A stretch of DNA of 64,000 nt from an uncultured Planctomycetaceae bacterium (lineage in GTDB: Bacteria > Planctomycetota > Planctomycetia > Pirellulales > Lacipirellulaceae): positions 57,101-121,100 of the forward strand of contig CAZTWS010000003.1 in assembly GCA_964618225.1 (NCBI GenBank). Reading direction: 5' to 3'. Of the stretch, positions 12,801-20,747 are shown in pieces; the first letter of the stretch is position 1; every line of letters begins with the position of its first letter. Made by a program: the position numbers and the translations under genes. Below the pieces are notes generated by a model. That model was not told where the DNA came from. It did not search any database and saw nothing but the letters and a program-made list of their open reading frames with translations.

Positions 12801-13233
12801 CTCCAAACAAGAGGGGAAGCTCGCCCGGCATGTAAGACTTCAATGTGGCCGCGACTGATCTGCCGCGGAAAGATACCGCCACTCGGCTTTGTACCCCGCA
12901 CCGTCCGGACTTCAATGTGGCCGCGACTGATCTGCCGCGGAAAGATCCGGTCTGGTGGCTAGGCTTGGCATATCGGACCAACTTCAATGTGGCCGCGACT
13001 GATCTGCCGCGGAAAGGTCCGCGAAGATTACATGCGGGACGAGTGCCAGCGCGACTTCAATGTGGCCGCGACTGATCTGCCGCGGAAAGCGAGCGGCTAA
13101 TGAAGACGGGCCGCAAATGGTTCGAACTTCAATGTGGCCGCGACTGATCTGCCGCGGAAAGCTCCACCCCTTGGCGACTTCCAGCCAATAGGTGTTCACT
13201 TCAATGTGGCCGCGACTGATCTGCCGCGGAAAG
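844..13233 (-). CRISPR. CRISPR array with 172 direct repeats of 36 nt and 171 spacers of 34-41 nt. Repeat on the minus strand is 5'-CTTTCCGCGGCAGATCAGTCGCGGCCACATTGAAGN-3'.
   Basis: I located every CTTCAATGTGGCCGCGACTGATCTGCCGCGGAAAG core by hand, from the first at 845 to the last at 13199-13233, with a period of 70-77 nt. No core mismatch was seen. The minus-strand orientation is inferred from the ATTGAAG-type 3' end typical of type I repeats and from co-orientation with the cas operon. The repeat has an internal 5-bp CCGCG/CGCGG stem. Confidence 0.97.
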
Positions 13234-13449
13234 CCCTCTCTCGTAAGTTCTGAATTGCCAAGGAGCGCAGATCAAACATGCGAGCGGCCCGGACCGCAGC
13301 CGACAGTTCAATGTCATAACACGTTGAGGGGGCATTGGAAAGCATTACGGGATAACAAGTTCTGGGCCGCGAGCGGTGCCCGGGGATTTCACTGCACCTC
13401 GCTGCTCGCGAGAGTCAAACTGACGAAAAAACAATAGCGACAGACACCG
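13234..13449 (-). promoter_or_regulatory. Putative CRISPR leader between the cas4-cas1 stop and the first repeat
   Basis: This is 216 nt of non-coding sequence directly upstream of the array in the inferred transcription direction. No promoter hexamers were confidently identified. It contains a weak repeat-like relic at 13305-13342. Confidence 0.5.
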
Positions 13450-15225
13450 CTATCGAGTAACGAAGACCGGATACGAGGCGATTTCCCCGGTCAATACTCG
13501 GGCCAGCAATCGGGCTTGAATCTCCAACAGCCGACGATAATTCACACGATACCCAAACAATGGATGCGTGACTAGAGTATCCATTCGTTGTTCATACGCT
13601 CTAAAAAACGACTTACGGCCCTCTGGCCGCAGCGCCACGGCGTCGCCGGTGCGGATGAAGTCGGCCGGCGTGATCATACGTGTATTGATCGCCGACAGCA
13701 CTGCGGAATCCGCGATCAATGGTCGAAACGGCTCCATGAGATCGAGGGCGAGCGCTGCCCGACCGAAACGTGGCTGATGGTAGAATCCAAGAAATGGATC
13801 GAAGCCGACCGCGTGGCAGACGATCGTTAGGTCCTTTGCCAACACACTGTAAGCCAACGATAGTAAAGCATTCACGGCATCGCGCGGCGGGCGACGATTG
13901 CGGCGGAGAAAATCGAACGTGAACTCGGCGGCACCGTTGGCCGGTGTGCCGTCCGCCGCTTCGGCCTTAATCATGCCCGCGAAGTTCTCGAAGTAGATCT
14001 TGGCTGCGAAGCCCTCGATGCCCAGCAATTCTTCGATCGATGAAGCGCGCTCGGAATCCTGTTGCATGCACTTTAACAGGGCGATTGGATGAGCGGGCGG
14101 CTCAACATGATTTCGCTGCAACATGGTGCGTTGATTGCGAATCTTTCCAGACACCAACATGCGAGCTAGTCGCAGGCAAAACGATGGCACATCGGCTAGT
14201 CGAAATTGATCGCGACGCAAATAAATATTGCGGACACCAAGGCCATGAGTCACTCCGTAAAACCAACCGCCCATCGAAAAGTACGCGATCGGTACTTCAC
14301 CTTCACACAATGCCTGAACAGCCTGCGTGGAGAGCTGAATGTTGCCGAATAGATTGACCTGGCAGGTTTCGCCAATACGCACCTCCTGGACAACCTTTTC
14401 TTTCTCCTTCACTTTCAGCACGTTGCCGGACTTACCAACGTATAGGCCCTGAGCATTCAAATACAGTGGCCTCAAATCGTCGCGGGCAGCAACCAACCGG
14501 CGCGGCTCATGACCGTTTTCTATGCCGGCATTGGAGGACAGCCCTATGTCGAATAGCACTCGTTGCGGCGATTGGCCGGCAACGGTGCCAGCCGAGCGAC
14601 AACTCCACGTTTCATCAGGCAGACAAATCCCGACGAGCGAACAACGCGGGCATTTGGGACTGTCAACGAGCGGCGGTGGGATTTGATCGGATGCGGCCGC
14701 TGCCCGGGCGTCGGCCAGGGCTTGCAAGGTTTGCGAGATCATTGCCTCGTCCATCGGCACGCGCACTCGCTGCTTGGTCGCGACATAATAGATGACTCCT
14801 TCTTCGCAGGTGTAGCCATTATCGCGCAACACCAGCGCCTGTGCGGCTAACTGTACGCGGTCCGCGTCCCAAGCTTCGAGCTCTCCGGTATCGGAATTCT
14901 TTCGCGGTGCGCCACGTTTATAATCTACCGGAGTGGCCGTGCGATCCGAAACTTCGATCAGGTCGAGCTTCGCAATCAAACCGTGCGTATCGCTCGAAAG
15001 CGTGACCGATCGTGAGTGAAGCTTGTCTTCGGCGGAGAGCTCAGCGGCCGGCACCAACTCGTCCTGTCGGTCGTCGAGCTTCGCATGCCGCAGCGCGCCT
15101 TCGGTGGTTTCGCGATTATGGACAAATACGCCTTCGACCCACTCGTAGTAAAACAGCCGAGGGCAGTAAACGTACTCATTAAGCATTCGTGCCGGCAGAT
15201 AGTCTGGCGTTTCGGCTTTGATCAT
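13450..15225 (-). CDS. cas4-cas1: Cas4-Cas1 fusion protein (adaptation integrase with N-terminal RecB-type Cas4 nuclease)
   Basis: 591 aa. The N-terminus has YVYCPRLFYYEW plus a C-terminal Cys cluster CPRCSLVGIC (Cas4 Fe-S cluster pattern). The C-terminal ~380 aa shows Cas1-like blocks (IRNQRTMLQRN, RRNRRPPRDAVNALLSLAYSVL, LGFYHQPRFGRAALALDLMEPFRP). This fusion is a hallmark of type I-U/I-G. Confidence 0.93.
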   Translation of the reverse strand: MIKAETPDYLPARMLNEYVYCPRLFYYEWVEGVFVHNRETTEGALRHAKLDDRQDELVPAAELSAEDKLHSRSVTLSSDTHGLIAKLDLIEVSDRTATPVDYKRGAPRKNSDTGELEAWDADRVQLAAQALVLRDNGYTCEEGVIYYVATKQRVRVPMDEAMISQTLQALADARAAAASDQIPPPLVDSPKCPRCSLVGICLPDETWSCRSAGTVAGQSPQRVLFDIGLSSNAGIENGHEPRRLVAARDDLRPLYLNAQGLYVGKSGNVLKVKEKEKVVQEVRIGETCQVNLFGNIQLSTQAVQALCEGEVPIAYFSMGGWFYGVTHGLGVRNIYLRRDQFRLADVPSFCLRLARMLVSGKIRNQRTMLQRNHVEPPAHPIALLKCMQQDSERASSIEELLGIEGFAAKIYFENFAGMIKAEAADGTPANGAAEFTFDFLRRNRRPPRDAVNALLSLAYSVLAKDLTIVCHAVGFDPFLGFYHQPRFGRAALALDLMEPFRPLIADSAVLSAINTRMITPADFIRTGDAVALRPEGRKSFFRAYEQRMDTLVTHPLFGYRVNYRRLLEIQARLLARVLTGEIASYPVFVTR

Positions 15226-15313
15226 TACAGGACACCCTTATTGGAGAAAAGATGGCGTCCTTGCGAGTCGGTTGTGCTCTTCCCGTGCAAGCCTCAAGTG
15301 AATCGACTGGTCA

Positions 15314-15604
15314 TCAAACGACAATGCACGGCGCATTGATCGGCGAATAAGGTTGCCCAAGCGCGGCAATCACGCGCTCGCCGCGACCTTCGGTCGGCCC
15401 AAGGTCGACGAACAGCACTTGGTCTTCGTTGTGCTTGATGATCTCAGAAAGCGTATGCCGACATCGCGCCAAATCGATCGGCGTAAACTGGCACTCGAAA
15501 ATGGAGTACTGCAAGTGGTCGCCAAAATCGCGCATGGTCTTGTAGACCTTGCGAAGACGTTTGTCGTTGCGGATGTCGTAGCAGACAAGAAAAGTGTTTC
15601 GCAT
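15314..15604 (-). CDS. cas2: Cas2
   Basis: 96 aa. FLVCYDIRNDKRLRKVYKTMRDFGDHLQYSIFEC matches the canonical Cas2 N-terminal beta-alpha pattern. It lies next to cas4-cas1. Confidence 0.9.
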   Translation of the reverse strand: MRNTFLVCYDIRNDKRLRKVYKTMRDFGDHLQYSIFECQFTPIDLARCRHTLSEIIKHNEDQVLFVDLGPTEGRGERVIAALGQPYSPINAPCIVV

Positions 15605-15887
15605 GTCGGCCCCCTGCGCCGTGGAAATAGGCGTCCCGGTGCCGTTCTTTAATCCTGCGCACTACTGTACTTCCCGAGTTTTTGAAAAGCAACGTCTTCA
15701 AGACGGCAAGCAGTCAGACCATTCGCTCCCGTCCGACCCGCGGCCACGCCCGGCGCAGCCGCGAACCGAACGGAAAGCAAGCTTCCGCGACCTATCGGTT
15801 TGGACAAACTGCTGAATTGCCAAAGAACATGCCCCAGCCGGCGGCACTTGCCATGCCAGCGCCACTGGTTCCGACAGTTTTGGTGTT

Positions 15888-17441
15888 TTATGGACCTACC
15901 CGTTCCACCGCCGCCATCAGGCCGAAGCCACAATGGCGACCGGCGCCGAGAGCCAAAGGGCCGGGGACCTGCAATCCATCGTTGAATCGCAATGTCAAAT
16001 GAACTGCCGTTTGATTGAGCAAATAGCCGGGGCGAATGTAACCCGTTGGTCGCCCCTGTCGATCGTATTTGTGGGCAGAGAACGATTTTGGAAATCTCGA
16101 AAAGGCGTTCCATTCAAATTCGCATGGTTGCTCGAGGCCGGACTGTTGCAAGGCTTTGCGGATGAGCGACCGGGTCTTCTCGGGCTTGTGGTCGTCGTGG
16201 CCAGGAAGGATGACTGGCGTCACGCTTGCCCAAGTGGCCGAAGTACGGAGATACCCGGCGCGGACACCGTCCCGGCGATGGTCGTCGATGCGTTCGAGGT
16301 GCGTGCCCGGCGGAAGCGTCGTGTTGGGTAGGGGGTTGAGGAGCGCGCCGTCGATCTGGCGTGCAAGATGTTCGAGCCAGGTGTCGTCGCCGAGAGGCGC
16401 AACGATCATAACGCGGCGAACGCCGGGGTCAGTGTTGGGATTGCCAATCGACTGCAGCGGAATGTAGGAAAACTGTGTGTGCGGAATCCCTTGCGATTTG
16501 TCCTGCGGCGACTGGTGCCCCGACACGTACGCGCGAAGCCACTCGGCCGAGTTTCGCCCGCACAATTCTCGCGGTGGATTGCGCTCCATCGCCCCAATCG
16601 CCAGATGACGAACCATTCCGGCGATGTGGATGAGCTTGGATGGGGGATAGGAAACGGTGTCGTCATTTTCGTCAATGAGCTTGAAAACTGCGTGGGGACG
16701 GGGAGCGGGATCGCTGTCGTGGCGGTAACAAATCTGATCCATCGCGCTCAACGGAGGAACGGGCGTCCAGTCGCCGTTGATCAAGCGATTGAGGAACTTG
16801 TCATGTCGCGCAGTAAGGGCGTCGAGCGAGCCATTGCGATGAACGCGAAGTCGCCTGCCGCCGCGCGGCGTGGGCATCCATCTCTCGCCGTTGGGTTGCC
16901 TTGATGCAGACTCGACAAGCGTTGCGTCCGCGATGACCTGATCGATCCCCCACCCGAGGCAGTGGATCGAGCGGGCGGAGGGGCGAATAGCATTCAGTAA
17001 TTCGGTCGGATCGGCATTGGTTGCGTCGAGTAGGTATAGGTAGTGGATTGCGGGGAGTTCGTCGCCGATAGTTTCAATAAGGTGTGGGCGGAAATCCTTT
17101 TCGATACGGTGAGAGGCAATGCTGGCATCGGCATTGCCACGGTTCCAGGCGGCCGTCACGAGGTCGGTCTGATTATGAGGCACGTACGCGCGATGACCGA
17201 TAGTGCTGAGAGTGGCGCGCGGCGCAATGATAGAAGGCCGCAACACTTCGAGCGTTTGAAGGGCCGATCGCACGTCGGGCGGCAGAGGCTTGCCGCGCAT
17301 GCACAGACAGGCGGCGTTGAGCAGCGCCTGAAACGCCCGCATCGGCGACGGCGGCCATTCGGGGTCGTCACCGTCGGCGCGGCCATGATAAACAGGATAT
17401 GGCTGGATGAAGCGGAAGCTGATGCAGAGAATATTCGACAT
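15888..17441 (-). CDS. csb2: Csb2 family protein (type I-U/I-G Cas5u-Cas6u fusion)
   Basis: 517 aa. The N-terminal block ISFRF..YHGR....EWPPSPMRAFQALLNAA resembles the Csb2 signature (EWPPSP.R...AL). There is a C-terminal glycine-rich RAMP loop LGAGRHCGFGLM. The start lies 2 nt after the csb1 stop, with GGAG inside the csb1 end. Confidence 0.8.
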   Translation of the reverse strand: MSNILCISFRFIQPYPVYHGRADGDDPEWPPSPMRAFQALLNAACLCMRGKPLPPDVRSALQTLEVLRPSIIAPRATLSTIGHRAYVPHNQTDLVTAAWNRGNADASIASHRIEKDFRPHLIETIGDELPAIHYLYLLDATNADPTELLNAIRPSARSIHCLGWGIDQVIADATLVESASRQPNGERWMPTPRGGRRLRVHRNGSLDALTARHDKFLNRLINGDWTPVPPLSAMDQICYRHDSDPAPRPHAVFKLIDENDDTVSYPPSKLIHIAGMVRHLAIGAMERNPPRELCGRNSAEWLRAYVSGHQSPQDKSQGIPHTQFSYIPLQSIGNPNTDPGVRRVMIVAPLGDDTWLEHLARQIDGALLNPLPNTTLPPGTHLERIDDHRRDGVRAGYLRTSATWASVTPVILPGHDDHKPEKTRSLIRKALQQSGLEQPCEFEWNAFSRFPKSFSAHKYDRQGRPTGYIRPGYLLNQTAVHLTLRFNDGLQVPGPLALGAGRHCGFGLMAAVERVGP

Positions 17442-17443
17442 GA

Positions 17444-18610
17444 TTACTCCGGCTTGGGTTCCGCGGCAGCCTTGGCAGTCTTCTTACGCGTCGCCTTCAC
17501 GTCGCCTTCACCAGTGATGTCTTTCTTCGCAAGGTTGGAGTCGAACTTCACCGATTGTGCTTCGCCGATGCCGAATTCCTTCGCTGCCTGCTTAGCAAAA
17601 GCAATGGCCTGTTCGTGCGTGAGGTTAAAATCCTCGCGCGAGCCATCGGCATTGACCAGCGTGACCTTGCGCGGGTTGTTGATATCTGGCACCAAATTGC
17701 AGCCTTGGCGGAGATACGCCTGCGGCGGTGCGGTGAGTGCGACGAGTGAAAGGCCAAGCACGTACCTGCGGAGTGCAAGGTTTTGTTTTGCGTCGTCGCC
17801 TGCCGAGAGCAAGCGGAGAGCGGCGAGACTGAGAGTAACGTCGCGACGGATGCCGCCATTGGCGATCACGCCACCGTGGGAGCCAGTCGCAGGAACATGA
17901 ATGAAGCCGCGTTCGGCATAAGCGTCTTTGGTCTTTTTGTCAGCCGTGTCTTCTAACAATCCGAGCCCGATATAGTCGGCCGACGGATTAAACTGTGCGG
18001 AACGTGTCAGCTTCTGGACGTTAAATGCGCGAATCGTTGACGCAACAAGGCGAGGTAGTTTGGCCTGCGTGTCGCGCGAATCCCACGCGCCGAAGACTAG
18101 CGAAGTTGGGGCTACCTTCGCCATCTGGAGCGCGTTGCCTTGCAGCACAGCTTTGAACGCGTCTTGTAGAGTCTTCTGGAGCGGCGTGCAACGGACAATC
18201 GCATCGCCCGCGCGGTGGCCGGCTTCGAGCAAATTCACAGACTTTTCGCCGGCGGTGATCACAACCTGCGGCACGAGGCCCGCATACTCCGGCTTGGCAA
18301 AGATGGGCTCGATACGATTGGCTTGCGAACCAACGCTATCAACAAGGCAGACGTTCCTTTCGCTGATCTTCGCCTCTACCGTGACTTTCTTGGACCCATC
18401 TTTATCAACCTCGACGATAGTCGTTGTTGTCTCCGGCGGCGGGTCAATATTGTACCCGCCCGGAAACACCTTCTTGTCCTCAGCAGCGGCAAAGGTTGCG
18501 GGAAAGATTACCCCGTCCGCGCCTTCGACGGGCACGAGCGGCTCACGGATGACGATCGCGGCAGTGAAGTCGCTCGTTAGCCAATTGTCGTACTTGTTCA
18601 GGTCACTCAT
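17444..18610 (-). CDS. csb1: Csb1 family protein (type I-U/I-G Cas7u backbone subunit)
   Basis: 389 aa counted from the internal ATG at 18610 (MSDLNKYDNW...), which is preceded by GGAGAA. The longer track ORF starting at 18703 overlaps the upstream gene. The LVPVEGADGVIFPATFA block and the position between the Cas8u-like gene and csb2 fit Csb1. Confidence 0.8.
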   Translation of the reverse strand: MSDLNKYDNWLTSDFTAAIVIREPLVPVEGADGVIFPATFAAAEDKKVFPGGYNIDPPPETTTTIVEVDKDGSKKVTVEAKISERNVCLVDSVGSQANRIEPIFAKPEYAGLVPQVVITAGEKSVNLLEAGHRAGDAIVRCTPLQKTLQDAFKAVLQGNALQMAKVAPTSLVFGAWDSRDTQAKLPRLVASTIRAFNVQKLTRSAQFNPSADYIGLGLLEDTADKKTKDAYAERGFIHVPATGSHGGVIANGGIRRDVTLSLAALRLLSAGDDAKQNLALRRYVLGLSLVALTAPPQAYLRQGCNLVPDINNPRKVTLVNADGSREDFNLTHEQAIAFAKQAAKEFGIGEAQSVKFDSNLAKKDITGEGDVKATRKKTAKAAAEPKPE

Positions 18611-19487
18611 TACGTTCTCCTTGGAATGGAATAGCAGGCAAGAAATTTTTGAGGTATTTGGTTCGATAGAGCAATTTGAACTCCTGCAACAATTCATCGC
18701 CAATGTCTATCGCGCCGCATGCGACTGCCGACGCGACGGATGGCGACAATGGACAGCGCCAGGCAGCGTACACGAAGCGGTTTTCTCGCGGAATCTCGCG
18801 CGGACGGAATCGTTGAAGCCCGATGAAGCAGAGGAACTCAAGGGCAGGTTTGCAAGTGCCTTCAATACGCGTCGCTTCACTGCCCGCAAGTGGATCAAAG
18901 CTGAAGCCAATGTCGAGCGCTGAGCCTTGCCCGCCAAGATCGGAATCGAAGTTGAACGGCAGACCGATGCCGCGTGCGTTACTCCACAGCGATGAATCGG
19001 ATTCGCTTATCGTACCAGCCATTCCGCGATGCATGGCTCTGGCAATATCCAACACGGACTGCTGCCCCGCCCATGTCTTGAATCGGGATCCGCCAGCAAA
19101 CTCGTCGCAAAACCAGTCGATGAGAAACGAGACGGTGCCAGTGAGTATGATCGGCAATTCACGACGGAGCGATTCAAGCAACTTCTTTTCGTTTTCCAGA
19201 CCAAGCACCGCTTCACGCTGTTTTTTCTTCATTGCCGATAATTCTTCGAGCCGCGCGTTTTGCACCGGTGTCATCGTGTTGACTACGGTGGATTCCGTGA
19301 GCGCTTTTAGCAGCGTGGATAGCGAACATTCCTGAGGGCCTGAGATCAGAAAGTGGTCGTCATTAAACCACCCCTCCGCCCCCCGCCACAGCCGATCCGC
19401 CAACTCCAACAACCCGCAGCAGGCGAAGAACTGGCCGGGGTTGGTCAGGTCGACGGGGACCCTAATGTTGGGTTCCTTGTTGCTCAT
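18603..19487 (-). CDS. Small Cas8u-class large-subunit candidate (Csb3-like), 294 aa
   Basis: I place the start at ATG 19487 (MSNKEPNIRVPVDLTNPGQFFACCGLLELADRLW), preceded by GGGAGG. It overlaps the upstream stop as ATGA. The NPGQFFACCGLLELADRLW block is what I recall for the Csb3 family, and the gene sits in the slot normally held by Csx17/Cas8u2. The family assignment is not verified. Confidence 0.55.
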   Translation of the reverse strand: MSNKEPNIRVPVDLTNPGQFFACCGLLELADRLWRGAEGWFNDDHFLISGPQECSLSTLLKALTESTVVNTMTPVQNARLEELSAMKKKQREAVLGLENEKKLLESLRRELPIILTGTVSFLIDWFCDEFAGGSRFKTWAGQQSVLDIARAMHRGMAGTISESDSSLWSNARGIGLPFNFDSDLGGQGSALDIGFSFDPLAGSEATRIEGTCKPALEFLCFIGLQRFRPREIPRENRFVYAAWRCPLSPSVASAVACGAIDIGDELLQEFKLLYRTKYLKNFLPAIPFQGERNE

Positions 19488-20533
19488 TTTGCGCCTCCCT
19501 CTTCGGCCTTCGCGCTGGCGGCCCAGTCGGCGGTACGGACAAGGGATTCGAAGTAGGCTAGGCCCCACCGGCCATACTTTCGCTGGAGGCGGGCGAAGCG
19601 TCTTAGGACTTCGAGTGGCTGTTGACTTGCTGATTCTCCGCAGTGATTGTCGTCGAGACATTCATCCGGTGTGAAATGCGGCCGCGCCCGACCGTGGTGC
19701 GCGGAAATCAGGTGCAGAACCAGCTCGCGTGAATCGTCTGAGAGAGCTTTGAATGCCGGAAGGGTTTGGATGTCCAGCATCGATCCGAATTCGTGCCGGT
19801 ATGTTGAGCGTTCAATCCTTCCGCGTCGCTTGCCTGACTTAGCCCACGCCTTGGTCTGGGGATAGCCGGTATTGCCGATGCCACGCTGCCATCGCTCGCG
19901 TTCCTTGCCCAGATCGTGAAACTCCGCCGCGAGGATGACGGCTTTGCGTAATTCTGGGTCGAGAGAAAGTCCCAACACGAACTGTGTTGCCTCTTTTTTT
20001 GCGTCGCTTAGGTGTGGGACCAGTTCGTAGTGGGGCTTTCTACTTCGGGCATCGGTGTCGGCTGCCAAGATGCGGACGAACCAATGCCACATCCTGATCG
20101 GCTCGCTCTCTTCATCGTCAGTATCTGTCAATACGATCTGGGAGACGAGCTTCATCTTGGTGGGCGGATCAACTTCGTCTTCTGGCATCTTCCATTGACG
20201 TTCCCGCATTGGGCCCTTGTCGTCAGACCACTGATCAGAAACGTCATCATCGATAGCGGCAGGTGGCTCACCTTGTTTGGGTGACGGCGGAAAATCACCA
20301 TCGAGCATGCCTTGCTTGGTCAGTCCGCCGATGTCATGCGGAAGCAAGATAGTTTTGCTTCGGAGTCGCGATTCGGCCTGTTTGTTCTCCCAATTCGTGA
20401 GTTCTGCTATATGAGGCAGAACTTCGACCTCGCCCTGCTCATCTACAATCCACGCGGGCCGTTTCGGATGTCGCGCGGCCAGCTTGACGAACTCCTTCCA
20501 TACCACATGTGCGACGCCGAGGCGCGACGCCAC
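19484..20533 (-). CDS. cas3: Cas3 HD-nuclease domain protein without a helicase domain (C-terminal part of a type I-G Cas3, or a stand-alone Cas3'')
   Basis: 349 aa with a GTG start. The C-terminal ~180 aa carries the ordered HD motifs: VPHLSD, FHDLGK, YRHEFGS, SAHHGR, RTADWAAS. No Walker A / DEAD / helicase motifs are present. The reading frame is closed by a stop only 5 codons upstream (TAG at 20549-20551). Confidence 0.75.
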   Translation of the reverse strand: MASRLGVAHVVWKEFVKLAARHPKRPAWIVDEQGEVEVLPHIAELTNWENKQAESRLRSKTILLPHDIGGLTKQGMLDGDFPPSPKQGEPPAAIDDDVSDQWSDDKGPMRERQWKMPEDEVDPPTKMKLVSQIVLTDTDDEESEPIRMWHWFVRILAADTDARSRKPHYELVPHLSDAKKEATQFVLGLSLDPELRKAVILAAEFHDLGKERERWQRGIGNTGYPQTKAWAKSGKRRGRIERSTYRHEFGSMLDIQTLPAFKALSDDSRELVLHLISAHHGRARPHFTPDECLDDNHCGESASQQPLEVLRRFARLQRKYGRWGLAYFESLVRTADWAASAKAEEGGAK

Positions 20534-20651
20534 ATGGAAGGCTTGGATCTATTGGGAAATGCCGGCCAGCGGGTCACCGGCTCGTAAATGCCCCGCAATA
20601 ACTTGATTGGAGGACGTTCGGGCCGCCGAGAGATACGGCACCAATCCGCTC

Positions 20652-20689
20652 GATTGACCCAGTCATTGACTCAGTCGACTGGGTCAATC
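20652..20689. repeat. Three abutting 12-13 bp sites, ATTGAC(C/T)CAGTC in direct, direct, inverted order
   Basis: GATTGACCCAGTC (20652-20664), ATTGACTCAGTC (20665-20676) and GACTGGGTCAATC (20677-20689). The outer pair is a perfect 13-bp inverted repeat. The element lies between the tRNA 3' end and the cas operon start. Confidence 0.6.
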
Positions 20690-20747
20690 AAAAGCGTCAA
20701 CGCAACTAGCTGAAAAATCAGTACTTGCGATGACGGTGAGAAAGAAA

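Noticed and set aside
920-13199. Dozens of ORFs on both strands inside the array, with recurring peptides SMWPRLICRGK, FNVAATDLPRK, FPRQISRGHIE and FRGRSVAATLK
   Set aside because: These are translations of the 36-nt repeat in different frames, stitched through spacers. Their periodicity equals the repeat-spacer unit, so they are not genes.
844-13233. The idea that the variable 36th repeat base is PAM-derived, as in type I-E
   Set aside because: The base is constant within long blocks rather than varying spacer by spacer. For spacer 76 the neighbouring target base, known from the overlapping spacer 132, is G, whereas the repeat base is T.
18611-19661. Longer N-terminal extensions of csb1 (start 18703) and of the Csb3-like gene (start 19661) given in the ORF track
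   Set aside because: The extensions overlap the upstream genes by about 100-180 nt and are Arg/Ser-rich. Internal ATGs at 18610 and 19487 have strong GGAG-type Shine-Dalgarno sequences and give ATGA-type coupling with the upstream stops.
20534-20747. A frameshifted remnant of the Cas3 helicase upstream of the HD ORF
   Set aside because: Only one alternative frame stays open, for about 40 codons (…LLRGIYEPVTRWPAFPN…), before stops occur in all frames. The interval is far too short for a ~600-aa helicase, and no helicase motif is visible.
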